From the IMG/VR virus record IMGVR_UViG_3300045988_069781, positions 32,001 through 96,000 of that record: a stretch of 64,000 nucleotides of DNA; one strand, written 5' to 3'. The notes beneath the pieces are model-generated. The model made no database searches. It saw only the letters and a program-made list of their open reading frames with translations, and had not been told where the DNA came from. The translations under genes and the position numbers were made by a program. The DNA is from a virus. Of the stretch, positions 36,101 through 49,300 are shown one piece after another (position 1 is the first letter of the stretch; each line of letters starts with the position of its first letter).

Positions 36101-39100
36101 TGCCGGCTCTACTTAAAAGCGACAATACATTATCTTTTATCTTGATAACATTAGCTTCTACATACTCTTTGTAAGTCTGACCATTCTTAAGCTTAGCGTT
36201 TGGTTTATTCTTATAGTTCTTGAGTAAGTTATTAATCTTGTGATAATCATCTAATAATAATTCTACATTAGTTTTATTATCAGTAGTTTTCAATGTATAA
36301 CTATCACCATCAAAATTTATTAACTCAGTCATTCTAAGTAAACCATAGTTCCAACCTTCGATTATATTCTTAGAAATCTTATTTGCATTCTCATCCTTTA
36401 CATACAAGTTAGTCTGATCATTACCATTAGTATTCTCAATCTTTTCAGACAAGATACCAATAAGTTTATGTTTAGCTTTTCTAAAGGTATTTCTAAATTG
36501 AGTCTGTAAATTCTCTCTAGCTATTACTTGGGCTTCTGATTCTCCTGGAACGGTCTTTGATATTTTATACAATTCTCTGTATAATGTGTCAAAGATAGGT
36601 AATGATTTTGCACATTTAGCACATTTATTCATCATACCTTCAAATGTGTTCTCTGAATGCAATTCATTGATTATAGTATTCCATGTAGAATCAAAATCAA
36701 CCATAAGAGGTAAACCTGTAACAGGACTTAATACCGTTCTAGTTTTCTGTACCTTTGCAACAGAACCATCTTCTTTTTTAACATCTGCCTCATAGAATTC
36801 TCTTTTAGGCATAGTAGCAATGAAGATCTTAATAGATGCTAAAGCATTATCTTTTACTGAGGTTTCTAATGACTCACGGATATATGTAGCCATTTGATCT
36901 CCTACAGCAGAACCTTCAGCCTTTTCATCTATTTCTTGGTCGATGTTTTCCTGTTTGTCTACAGCTCTGATTTGATATTCATTCAGTTTCCTTATAATTG
37001 CTGGTAAGAATACACTATCAAAGGTTTCATATATTTCTTTTCTAGCCTCCCCTTGTTCTTTGGTAATCTTTCCATTTTCTACAAGTTTATCTGTTAATGA
37101 AGGTTCTAATGCGCTCTTTAACAAACTATAATTTAAACCTGTTAAATCATCTCGCATCTTTATGTTATTCAAAGTAAACAAAGAAGCAACTAATGAATTA
37201 ACACTTTCTTTAAATTGTGTATTTGTGATATTCTTGAAATTGTGACCACCCAATTTAAATGGAGCTCCCGCACCTTTATAAGTATTTAAGAACTCCTGTA
37301 CAGCTGCAGAATTCTGTTTAGATCTACTATAATAACCTGTATTGATCCTATCAAAGATGTTGTCAATAGTAGTATCAGTTCTCCAAACCCATTTACTAAT
37401 AAAGTTTTTGATTGCTTTCCAAGCTCTTTTAACGATATTTAAATCAGGTTCAACTTTATTCAGCATATACTGCCTAAAGTCTTCTGCAAGAGCTTCTTCA
37501 ATGTCTTTATCAGTACCGATTAAACCAGTTCTATTTCTATAAGCTTCGTATATCTTACGACGTTCTTTGGGTGAAATAGTTAACAATGATATTCTATGAT
37601 ATGCTTCATGATATAAAGTACCTATTTCTGCGCCTTTCCACAGTAATGTAGAATCCTGCCTAACAAGACCCATAGCATACACATTGTTACCTAGTGATAT
37701 AGCATCATCTACTATTGTAAGAGAATCGCTTTGGAAACCTAATTTCTTTTTGAACCATTCTATTTCCTCGTTAGACACCTCTTTAGTTACTTTACCAGTA
37801 AGACGTCTCATAGGAATATCAATGTCATCGTCTTCTATAGCAAACGGGTCAATTGTGCCATTCTTGGTAATTTCATTAATCTTTTTTGATTCTTCTGTTA
37901 ATTCTTCTGGCTCTACTGCAGAAGTACCTGTAGGGATATTAGATACATTTTCAACCTTATTTTTAGTTTCTTCAACTGCCTTATCACTTTCTACTTTCTT
38001 AGATATGGTTTGAATATCATCCGCATAAGCAAAAGAATCTTTAAACAATTGATCCTGTAAATCACTTTGGATTAAATTGTTAGTAACAAACAAACCCATT
38101 GTATACATAGGCGTATGTTCTGCATTACCTAAGAAGTCTTCTCTACGTAATATTACGCCAGGAATAGCGTCTTCCCATATATAAGAACTGTTTTTTGTAA
38201 ACGCTTCTTTTAAGGAAGGTAAAGCATCACCTATAGGACTAAAGAAATTTTCTCTATTAGCTCTCCAGTGAAATCCCATTAAATCATTAATAAGATCTTC
38301 TTTGTCTTGAGAAGACATATTACCTACATGATAAGATTTTTCTCCTACTACCAGATCACCTTTATCATTTACATAAAGCTGTTTCTTCTTCATCCAATTG
38401 AAGGTAGGAATATCAGATGTAACTTTGGTTTTATCACCGAAACGAACCATAAAGTCAATCAATTCCCCAGCTACAATTTCTGTATTCTTATAATAAGACT
38501 CAGGAGAAGCTCCATAATTCAAAAGTAAATCTGCAAGAAATTCAGCTTGTTTTCTGTCAAATCTTTGTAAATTAACTTGTACAGGTATCTCTGAATTATT
38601 AAGTGTACTAGATTTGGGGGGATAGATAAATAACTGACCACTACCACCAGTACCATTCAATATTTCACCACCAGCGCCAAGAATCAAACTGTCAGAAATA
38701 ATACCATTACTGATACCAAAGGTTACATTTTCTGGAGTAATGTCATACACATTGGATGGAATTGCAAAACCTTTTACTTCTTGTACAGGTCTGAATACTG
38801 CCTTTTGACCATTTCTATTTACATTATATCTACCTCTAGTTCTACTGATAGTACTTGGTACAATAACTTCATTCTCTGTCTTATTTTCAATGGCAGTAAT
38901 GATTGCGTTTCTAAAAGATTTTAAGTCATTTATAGAAACTTCATTAGCTTGTTCAATTGTATTAAGCTCTTCTGCTGTAGCACTATTACGAATACCTGCA
39001 ATATCTACATCAAATTTAGTTCTAGCTCCTTTAGGAGTCTTAAGTGCTAAAGCATACTTACCAGTAGGATGTTCTACACTTAATATGATAGAGGCACTAT

Positions 39101-42100
39101 CATATGTAGTCTTATCACCCTTTTTGTATGGCTTACTACCTTTTTCAGTATAAGATTCATTGATAATAAATTCACAGAAACTATCTGTAAAGAAATTAGG
39201 ATCTTTGATTCTTTCTGCTAATTCTTTACCAGATTTATAACCCGGTAATATAGGAGTAGTAGAATCCGGGGAGAAGAACAGTGTATGTGATACGGTATCT
39301 TTAGCTAATTCTTCTACTTCTAAAGAATCTTCATATTCTCTAGATTCAGAATCCATATCTGTTTTACTGTCATGTTTCTGTTCAGTAGCTAATTTCTTTT
39401 TAGCCTGTTCAACTTTCTGTTCTACAGTAATATCCGGAGTAATAGTATCAACTGTTTGTGATACTTTCTTATCTTCATCTGTAGCAGCAGCTAAAGGATC
39501 TGCATCTGCATTGGCAGCTGCTCTCAAATCTTTATCTGTAGCAAAAGCAAACTCTTCATCCTCTTCTTCAACATCTTCTACTACTGGAGCTTTTGTCTTA
39601 CTTTCTTCTGCAATCCTTTTACGTTCTGCTTCAAATTCTGCAGCTAGTTCTTCCAAACTCTTTGTAGGAAATTCTTCATCACGTTTAGTTGCTGGTTCTG
39701 TTTTTTCTTCAGGCTGCATTTTAGGTGTTGCTTCAGGAGCAGTAGGTTCTGGTGCAGGTATTTCTGTGTTTACTTTGGATTTTGCTCTAGAATCCATTAC
39801 AGGAGATTGTGGTTTTTCAACTTCCTCTCTTTGTACTCCTGGAGCAATTTTACTTGCTGCTACAGTTTCATTGTTGTCTGTACCATTATCAGCTACTTCT
39901 TTTTCTGTAGAAGCAATATCTTGTTCAACAATCTGCTTGGCGTTATCTTCTGCAATTCTACTAGATTCATCTGAATTATTCAGGTAGTTCTCAATTCTCT
40001 TTTTGATATTATTTAATACCTTTTTCTTTGATTTATCTGTAGCTTTGTCAAAACTAGTAAGTTTGCCATCTTCCAGAGTATTACCGAATATCTCATTCAT
40101 TTTATGCTCTGCTACCAAAGCATCATGCTGAGCTAACATTAAGTTTGCATAGCTATCTACACCTGTCTGCATAACATGAGGAGCTGCTACAAAATCTGTA
40201 CTAAACTTTGTATCAGCAGCTACTTGAGCCAATTGACTATCAATGTTCTTAATAGCTTTAGGTATAGTCTTTAAAATAGATTTAGCTACAGAATTATCAC
40301 TATTAGTAATACCAAATTTAGTTTTACCATCTTCTGCTGGAGCTTCAATCGCATTCTTTAACTCCTGTAAAGCTTCTTTCTGTACATTCAACTTAGTCAA
40401 AGTAATAGCTGCTAGCTTTTCTTCTGGAGTGTAATTACTCAATAAAGCATCTTCAGAAAGATCTGCATACAATTTATTATCTGCATCCTGAGCTGCTTTT
40501 GCATTGTTTACAGCTTCTTGTAAATCTAATTGAGCTACATGCTGTAAACCAATTAATGTATTATATTCTGTAGTACCTGCAGAATAACCTAATTGTTTAC
40601 CAATGTTCTTAGTAGTCTTAGACTTAGCTAAGTTAAATACATTATTCGCAGTTTTGATTTCAGCATTTATATCTTCCTCAGTAAGACCATCAGGCATATG
40701 ATATTTAAAATTCTCTAATACTTCAAGTACACTATCTTTGTAATTGAGCATAGATTTTGATGCTTTATCAGCATATGTTACTGCTTTATTCATAGCATCT
40801 TTCTTAGCCATATTATCTGCTACCATATCTCTAACAAAAGTGTTGGCAACAAAGTCTTTACGCATATCAATACCAGCATGATACGCAGTAGTAGGACCAC
40901 CTAAGTACATACCTAATGCGAAACCACCCTTTACATCATTCCAGAATTGAGGATCATTGGCTAATTCTGATTCAGTATCTATTCCTGATAAAATTTTTGC
41001 AGTACGGTAATTAGCTTCGGCTAACCCAAGTAATGATGAAAATACACCAGAAGAATTTTTATCGTACTGATTGTGAATATAATCGTAATCAAATATATCC
41101 TGATCACCTTCTTCAAAAGCTTCAACAGTAGCAGCAAAACCCATACGAGCTAGAGCTTTAGCACCCTTGCTCAACATATTCATTTTGGGACTATTGTAAG
41201 CTAATCTAGCATTAAATCCGGTGTAAGCATCAATAAGCTTATTATAATTCTTAGTAGCAGTATCAGATAATTTAACTAAAGGCTTTAATGCGCTAGCTAT
41301 AGGTTTAGTTATAATTTTACCCATAGCTTTACCTAATGGGGCAAATATCAAAGCTGATTGTGCAGCATCCATTGCAGACAAAGCCATGTTATTATTGTAA
41401 ACATTTTCTAAGCCATTATCTGCTGAATCTTTTAAAGAGTTTAGAACTTCATCGGAAATTTTAATCTCTCCAGATAAAGTTCTATCTATAATTTCATCAT
41501 CTGAAATCTTTGTAACATCTATATTAGGATTCTGTTGTTTCAATTGATCTCTACCCATTTGAACATAGTCTTGGATAGATACACCTTTACTTTCAAGATC
41601 TTTTTCAATCTTAGAACGATATGCTCCATACACTTGCGCCAATGATTCTCTATGTCTACTATAGATATTACCTGCTAAACTTAGTGCTGTAGCAGCAATA
41701 GCTGAGCTCCAACCAATAAGATTAGATGCTGCACCAATACCAGGAACTGCATTCAAAGCGCCAGTAGTAGCATAATGTCTACCAAGATATAAAGCACCTG
41801 TTGCTAATGCGTCAGCTACATAGGATTCAACAGTAGACATTGATGAACCTGTTAAACCAGGTCCGGCGTATAATACATAATCAGAATCATAGAAAGGCTT
41901 ATCTTGAGCTTTCTGTTCTTTTATTTGAAATCTAGCAGAAGGTTTGTATCTTTCAGATCTAGATGTGATAGAATCATAATAATCTTGAATGCTCTTATTT
42001 ACTTCGGATTGTTCGTTTACCCACCAATCTCTTACCCCATTTAAGTATTCAATTCTCTTATCAACATCTGTACCTTCTGAATCATTGTACTTTGCTAATA

Positions 42101-42587
42101 TCGTGTTATACTTTTCAGAATTGGCTTCTAAATTGTTTTTAAGAATTTCATATTGCTGTAAGGTATTTTGATATTCTTGAGAGCTCTTATCCATAGTAGG
42201 TAAGACGCTTTCAAGATTCAAAAGCATTTTCTTATCATTTAAATATTGTAATTCATAATCAATATCTTCAATAACAGGATTAATGTCTTTTACTAATTTA
42301 GCTCTTTCAGACATCAGATTAATTTGATCTCTATTATTAGCAAAAGTAGTCCAAGCATCCCTTAAATAACTCTTATCCTTTAGTGTTTCTTCTGGAGTTT
42401 CTTTATTTAACAGATACGCATATTCATAATCATCTAATGGAGTTGTTTCTAAGTTCCTATCATAACCTGTTTTAATATTAGTGATAGGAGAATACTGAGC
42501 ATTGACCGTATCCATAGCCTTACCTAATAAGGCTGCTTTGCTAGGTGTATTGTCAGTAGGATATTGACCTAATATAGATTTTTCCAT
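33165..42587 (-). CDS. virion RNA polymerase polyprotein, exon 1 (3141 codons, ends ...TALTGSDFD)
   Basis: Giant ORF. The C-terminus GYRIPAQGQAST...ITLPDEFTALTGSDFD parallels NRxP...NADFDGD of two-barrel RNA polymerases. An internal HEAYH zincin-type motif is present. TAA 33164-33162 is assigned to the intron. Confidence 0.7.
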
Positions 42588-42590
42588 ATA

Positions 42591-44426
42591 TTATTGTAAT
42601 AAACTGTTTATTAAACTATCATAAGCATCAGTAAATGATTGCTCATAATTATCATTCTGTAATTTTGAACCACCATGAATATCATTAACTTCTTGATCAA
42701 ATGTCATTCTAGTCATACCATGTGGATCAATCGGCTCCATTGTATCAAATGTAAAATATTCACCAGTTAATGGTACATTCCCACCATAAGCATCATTGTA
42801 ATCTTTTTTATCAATAGGCTTGACATTTAAACCTGTTTCTGCAGATATACCCATTGAATTACTAACCATAGATTTAAAACTATCTACATCATATCCAGCA
42901 TTCTTAATAGCTTGTAAAGGTATTCTTACACTTACTCTCTGCATTAATTGAGGAATGCCATCTACCACTGATGACATGATTCTACCTCTAGGAGTTTTGA
43001 TAACGTCTTTGAATACTCCAGATTTTAAATCTTCCGCAAAGTTTCTTTCTAATCCATTTGTAGTTTCTACATTGTATTTAATAGAAGGAACCTTCATGAT
43101 TTTATTTACAAAATCAGTAGCTAATATTAAACCACCTGTGTCTGGTGTAACATATCCTTTAGTTACTGAACCGCCTAAATTAATATCAATTTCATTAGAA
43201 CTCTTAACTTTATTGTAACTATTAAGAATCATACCAGAAGAAGGGTATGTAATATCGTTCAGTACTCTAGTAGCTGCATCGTAATACTGAGGTAATTTAT
43301 CAGCTCTTACTCCAGTTTTAGGAAATATTTCTCCAGCTTTGGTTGCAAACAGGTTAGCAATATCATTAGCAGTTGCATCTGACATTTCTTTTCCATAATC
43401 CTTTACTAAGGAATTATATTCTTTTGGAGTAATAGTACCGGCCATTAATGCTGATGCAGCTTCTTGGAATTTATTAGTTACAAATCTAGTTTGTGAATAT
43501 ACTGGACTATTTTCTAACTGACGTTTTTCAAATACTACTGCATCATTATATAGCTTTTTATAAGCGTCAGGGTAATCTACAGATTCTTTTTCTGTACCTT
43601 TCTTCTTTAATTTAGCAGTTTCTAATGCTTGCTTATATTTCAACGCTTGCATAGCATAAGGATCTACAGTAGGACTTTTACGAATATATTCTTGATTATC
43701 TGTATAAGCTCTTTGCATGAAAGCATTAGCTGCATCTTCTTCTGTTGATCCGGGATGATTTCTCATCCACGTTTGCATATGCATTTGTGCTTGCGGAGTA
43801 GATAGTATTCCACTTCTATTGGCATCCAGTATGTCTTTAATTTGCTGTCCTGTAACACCGGTCCAAATAAATCCACCTTCTCTACCAAGATAGCTATCCT
43901 TCAAATTATTTACATATTCATTAGTTAAGTCTTTTATAGAAGAATAAGCTAAAGGAACTTCATTAAATAATCCTGAAGTAGTAGTATCCCAGTTAGTAAA
44001 ATCTCTATCATGCCATAGTGAATTATATTTGTCGTGCAACATTAAAATTTGAACTTGCTTTGCATATTCATCAAAATTGGCAGCATTCTGTTTTAATGCA
44101 GAAAGTTTAGCTCTATCTACATTATTTATTGCGGATTGTAGAGCCATTTGCCATTCCATACTCTTTATTGCTTCTGGATTCTTAGCAGCTTGATCAATAA
44201 TCGGAAGTACTTTACCTCTAGTTTCTGCATCCCACGTTTGCATATCTTTCATAGACCTAGAACGAAATTCAGCCCATGAGTTTGCAGCAGTTCTATAATC
44301 TGCTAAAGCTTTGTCAACTCTTTCATTTGCCTGCTTACCCAATGTGTATAATTGTTCAAAAGGAATTGGAACATAGGTGTCTATAAATTGAGCTTGTGCA
44401 GGATTGTCATATCTATTTACTGCCAT
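42591..44426 (-). CDS. virion structural protein (function unknown)
   Basis: 611-aa ORF in the tightly packed structural operon. Confidence 0.75.
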   Translation of the reverse strand: MAVNRYDNPAQAQFIDTYVPIPFEQLYTLGKQANERVDKALADYRTAANSWAEFRSRSMKDMQTWDAETRGKVLPIIDQAAKNPEAIKSMEWQMALQSAINNVDRAKLSALKQNAANFDEYAKQVQILMLHDKYNSLWHDRDFTNWDTTTSGLFNEVPLAYSSIKDLTNEYVNNLKDSYLGREGGFIWTGVTGQQIKDILDANRSGILSTPQAQMHMQTWMRNHPGSTEEDAANAFMQRAYTDNQEYIRKSPTVDPYAMQALKYKQALETAKLKKKGTEKESVDYPDAYKKLYNDAVVFEKRQLENSPVYSQTRFVTNKFQEAASALMAGTITPKEYNSLVKDYGKEMSDATANDIANLFATKAGEIFPKTGVRADKLPQYYDAATRVLNDITYPSSGMILNSYNKVKSSNEIDINLGGSVTKGYVTPDTGGLILATDFVNKIMKVPSIKYNVETTNGLERNFAEDLKSGVFKDVIKTPRGRIMSSVVDGIPQLMQRVSVRIPLQAIKNAGYDVDSFKSMVSNSMGISAETGLNVKPIDKKDYNDAYGGNVPLTGEYFTFDTMEPIDPHGMTRMTFDQEVNDIHGGSKLQNDNYEQSFTDAYDSLINSLLQ

Positions 44427-44428
44427 AA

Positions 44429-46306
44429 TTATACTGTTAAACTATCAACTAAACTATTTACTGCACCATATCTTAAGAAATTCTGTAAGTAAGGTAATAT
44501 CTGACGATCTCTACGTGCCTGATTACGCATCTTTTCTTTAGTCTGAGACCATTGACCCAATTGACCAGCAGCAGTGGCACCAAAATTTCTTGCAGCAGCT
44601 CTATTACGAGCGTTTAAGTCATTAGTAAGTACAGTATTCTGTACATATTGTTGACCTAAATTGTTCATCATATTTGCGTATTCGCCTAAATATTGATTAT
44701 TAGCATTATCTCTATTAGCGTATACTGAAGCATTCTGAGCATATTCCCCAGTAGCTAATTGATTTCCATATGCTAAATTCATACCCGTGTTAGGATTGAG
44801 TTTAGCCATGTTATTACGAGCGATTGCTCTAGATCTTCTATTAGCTGCAAGAGTGGGTTCTATATTAACTCTACGACTAGCCATAGCTCTATTAATAGCC
44901 CCAGTATAAGGATTAAGGACTTGATCTTCTGTTTCAGGTCTACGTCTACTTTGAATCCAATTATACAGTATAGGAGATAAACCAGACAGACTGCCAAAGT
45001 TAGATGAAGACTTACCAGGTGTTTTAATCTCATCTGGTGTTAATGTAGGGTTAAATTCTTCAATATTTAACAATGGAGCATAAATAGGATCAGATGTTAA
45101 AGACGGATTAAAATCTTCAACATCCAGTAAAGGAGCTTGATTAAGAGAGTTAGTGGCTTTAGCAGACTTACTTGCTGGGGTAGGTTTCCTAACAGATTTA
45201 ACTTTTGTTATGGGTGCTGCACCAGGTAATGATACTTCAGGGAGATCGTATAAAGGTTCATTTACACCTACAGGTATTGTCTCCCCAGTAATAGGGTTTA
45301 CGCCTTGTGTAGGTACAGCTTCTCCATAAGGGGCTGCAGTCATACTAGAATTAGTAGAATTCCAATACTTTCTACTACCTAAACCACCTCGTTGATTTAA
45401 ACCATTTATGTCGAATGCTTCATTCATTGCACTATTGGCAGTTGTAGCTTTTGTTGGTTCTGTAAAGAACTTTTTTAAAGCATCAGCATAAATACCAAAA
45501 GCTTCACCACTCAATAAAGGTATTTCTTTACCCAGTTTTCTAGATTTACCATCTGCATATGCCGGTATTCCTTTTACTTTGGGTTTGACACCTTTTTTAG
45601 CTTTAACTGCTTCTTGTTCTGTAAGCAATTGTTCATACATTGCATTTGCATTTATCTGATTTAATCTATCAGCATTGCGAGCAAATCTATCTTTTCCTTT
45701 ACTTCCTTTAGTCATATTAACTAATTTTTTACCTTCTTGTGCAAATGTTTTATTTGTACCCGGTCTTTTAATTTTATCAGATAAAACAGAATCAAGATTA
45801 GAAGCATTTACTAAATGATTATCTGTACCTGGTTTACTATTAGGTACTTGTTCAATATTACCAAAATCGTCTCTTATTACTTCATTATTATCTACATAAG
45901 CTAAATCTGGTAATATACCACCATTTTCAAAAGTGTAAGCTAGAGAATTATCATCCCAATATTCTTGTTCAAGTGTGGCTGCGTTACCTTTCCCCATTGC
46001 TATTTCTTTAGCATTTGCTTTAATACGTTTTTGCTTATTAATTGCATTCTTTCTAAAGATACCTGATACAAGGTTTCCAACACCACCTACAACTCCACCT
46101 ACCGCTGTACCAATACCAGGAAGAATAGCAGAACCTACAGAAGCACCTTTGGCAGCACCTCCTAGAGTACTGCCAGCAATATCTGCACCAGATCCTTCTT
46201 CTGTAAAGCCTTGTAAACCAGCTCCCAATATAGAAGCAATTTCTAAACCTTGATCTATACCAAAAGCGTAAGCTGGAACTTTCTTTTTATTTATTTTCTT
46301 TTTCAT
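44429..46306 (-). CDS. virion protein with a glycine-rich hydrophobic N-terminal region
   Basis: 625-aa ORF. Contains a GAGLQGF...GGAAKGASVGSAILPGIGTAVGGVVGGVGNLVSGIF glycine-zipper-like segment. Confidence 0.75.
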   Translation of the reverse strand: MKKKINKKKVPAYAFGIDQGLEIASILGAGLQGFTEEGSGADIAGSTLGGAAKGASVGSAILPGIGTAVGGVVGGVGNLVSGIFRKNAINKQKRIKANAKEIAMGKGNAATLEQEYWDDNSLAYTFENGGILPDLAYVDNNEVIRDDFGNIEQVPNSKPGTDNHLVNASNLDSVLSDKIKRPGTNKTFAQEGKKLVNMTKGSKGKDRFARNADRLNQINANAMYEQLLTEQEAVKAKKGVKPKVKGIPAYADGKSRKLGKEIPLLSGEAFGIYADALKKFFTEPTKATTANSAMNEAFDINGLNQRGGLGSRKYWNSTNSSMTAAPYGEAVPTQGVNPITGETIPVGVNEPLYDLPEVSLPGAAPITKVKSVRKPTPASKSAKATNSLNQAPLLDVEDFNPSLTSDPIYAPLLNIEEFNPTLTPDEIKTPGKSSSNFGSLSGLSPILYNWIQSRRRPETEDQVLNPYTGAINRAMASRRVNIEPTLAANRRSRAIARNNMAKLNPNTGMNLAYGNQLATGEYAQNASVYANRDNANNQYLGEYANMMNNLGQQYVQNTVLTNDLNARNRAAARNFGATAAGQLGQWSQTKEKMRNQARRDRQILPYLQNFLRYGAVNSLVDSLTV

Positions 46307-46307
46307 A

Positions 46308-49300
46308 TTATATCAATGAATATCTGTATGCTGTACTAATATAAGGAACTTTAAATGTATTACCACCATTACAATCATACTTATAATGACAGATTAAATA
46401 TTTCCCTTTCATTCTATCTCTATAGGATTTGTTTACTAACTCTTCAGCTTCATTTAATTCTCTACTACTACGAGGAACACAGAATTTATAAGTATCTTCT
46501 CTATAATCTATATCATCCTGAGTAAGAGTGAAACTAGTTTGCCTTTTAGTTTCAAAGTATATGTTATCAAAGTTAGTATCGTAAGTAAAGTCACCACCAT
46601 ATTCGACATTATCAAATGTTTTAGTTTGAGGGTACTTATCATTTACTATAAATCTAACATAAGATATCTTATCTTTACCAGTAAACATATCTAATTCATT
46701 ACCTGAGTTATACTTATATACAGCTAAATTCTTATATATCATTAGTTTATCTGTAAATTCAGCATACCAATCAGGTCTATAAGTATAGAATGAAGTAAAA
46801 GCTCCAACTTGTTCATTAAATACTAAAGTCTTATCTTCTAGAGTAAGAAGAACTTCATTATATTTTTTATCATATACAGATATAGGATCATTTGTAATTA
46901 TATCCTTATTATCGTGTAAATAAGATTGTACACCTTTTAATTTAGATACAGTACGTAATTGATTATCAAAACCACATATTTCATTTCTATCAGCATCATA
47001 CCAGTATACTGTACTATCTGATTGTGTTGCAGTTCTTAATTGATTCTCTTTAGAACCGTTCTTGGTAGTAAAGTAATCAAATCTAGTTAATACACCACCA
47101 GTACCTAACGTAAGTGCACCTGCATTATTATCTTGGATAAGAGAACGTTCATTTACAGCAAGTGTGCCAAAAGCGTCAGTTTGCCAGAACAACAAGTTAT
47201 TTTTAAATAACTTTAAATTGTTTATAGAACCAAATCTGGTATCAACATCTAAGTAATTAGCAACCCTGAATTTAGTCCACGAATCAGTTACTTCCAAGTT
47301 AGTCTTAGGTTCTGAGTTCATTACTCTGGTGTCTGTATGTAAATTATCTATACTATATATTGATTTACTAACATAGTTTTTAGCTCTAGGTTGAGCAGAA
47401 TAAGCATCATTATAAGCATATAATGGCGTATTCTGAACATATATAGAACCTACTTGTACTATATCATTCTCTACAAAGTGATTTGCATAGCCTGTACCAG
47501 ACTCATAAGTCTTAGCTGTACCTACGGTATCCGTTCTCAATGAGAGATTAATAGAAGATTCTAACGGTATATAAGCACCATTATATGCTCTAATTCTTTC
47601 ATTATCTGGTTGTTCATAATTATCACTAGCATTATGATATGCAAACATACAATTAGCATAATCTAATACACCAACGTATGTATCACCACCAAATACGTTT
47701 ACTTTAGTATTACTATTGTCTTTCGCATTGACATAAGATCCTGTACTTATATATACAGAGTTCTGTCTTGTAGCATAACTATTACCACCATAAGGTGTTA
47801 CAGATTGTCTTAAATTGGCAATGAGAATTGCATTAGCGCTTTCTGGTCCAGCAGCTAATTCTGGTACTTCACCAATCATGGTATTACGAGAAGTCATATC
47901 TATACTCTGGAATATTGCACATATACCATGAGGTCCTACCTTTCTGACATTGTTATCATCATAATCAGTGGCTCTAGATACATCACCATATACCCAGTTA
48001 TAGTACACCATACTACCCACATTAGTAGCTTTGGTTTTCCAAGCGTCATCGTCTAAGTCAAACGGTTCAGTATTAGTGGCAATAGTAATATCCTGAATAG
48101 TTGCTGAGTTATAACCGCCCGTAGTGACCTTATTATAATACTTAGCTAATGTAGCATCATACCAAGATTCTGCACCCATATAAATAGCATTATCGGCATC
48201 AGAGCCTTTCATAGAATCTCCAAAAGCACCTACACGAGTATATGCCCAACCACTGTTCTTAGCCCAGCTATTACCGGTATTAGTTGTTACATTCTTTAAA
48301 TCATGTTTTGAAGCCTTTGCTCCAACTAATACTTTAGCTTTTTCTCCTTCTGGTTTAACTCTATCATTAGCTGGTGTACCATTACCCATGTCAGGATCTG
48401 GAGTAATAGAAGATCTTAGACGATAAATGCCTTTAATCTCTGTAGCTCTACCTGCTACTTCAGCAGCATTCTCTCTATTTACACATATCTCTGGCGATAT
48501 AAACAAGAAATACTCACTAGCATTCTGACTACTGAAATCAAATGCGTGTGCATATTTATTATTCTGTGATACCAAACCATGTGAAGTGGAGTAAGTAAGA
48601 TATGGAAAAGCAGTTAATTGATTTGTATTATCATAATTACAAACACAACTAACAGCTCCTTGCATCAATATTGTCCTATCTGAAATAGTTCTTTCACATC
48701 TTACAATCTCATAACCAGTAATCTTCTTACTTTGGATTAAATCACTTGGTATATTAATTGTGAATTGTACACCTAATGGATGTGTAACTACTTCTAGACT
48801 ATTAGTAGTACTACCACCAATATCTACTCGCATACCTGAAGTAAAGATGTTGTAACCAGGTGCACTAGCTTTAGGCATTCTTATATCTGCAATCCAGTGT
48901 GCAGAAGATGCTACATTTTCTTCATTGTAAAATACAATAGCAAAACGATATATTTCATCTCTCATATAACCCCTTGCCATTGATTCTACTTCACTATTAC
49001 TATAGTTTAATACTTTAGCAGTAGCATCAGCAAAAGATAAAGACCCTGCATCTGACCAGGAACCATCTTCCTCAATGTTATATAAATCTAGAGTAGATGT
49101 AGAACGTGCTTTAGAGTTTAATGAGAAAGAATCTTCAGCGAAACCTGTTCTAGATGTAGGGGCATCACTTTCAATTAGATTTGTTTTTATAAATCTATAT
49201 GAAATATTTTTACCTATACCGCCATATACATACTTACCTGTAGCATCTGGAGCATATAAATACTGACTAGTATCATCATAGTTTGCAGGACAAATACAGT

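Noticed and set aside
39511-39987. Plus-strand 158-aa Ser/Ala-rich ORF, and the many other 60-110-aa ORFs antisense to the giant minus-strand genes (for example 33553, 37684, 45975, 50073, 53397)
   Set aside because: They lie entirely inside much longer ORFs on the other strand, are low-complexity mirror images, and have no independent signals.
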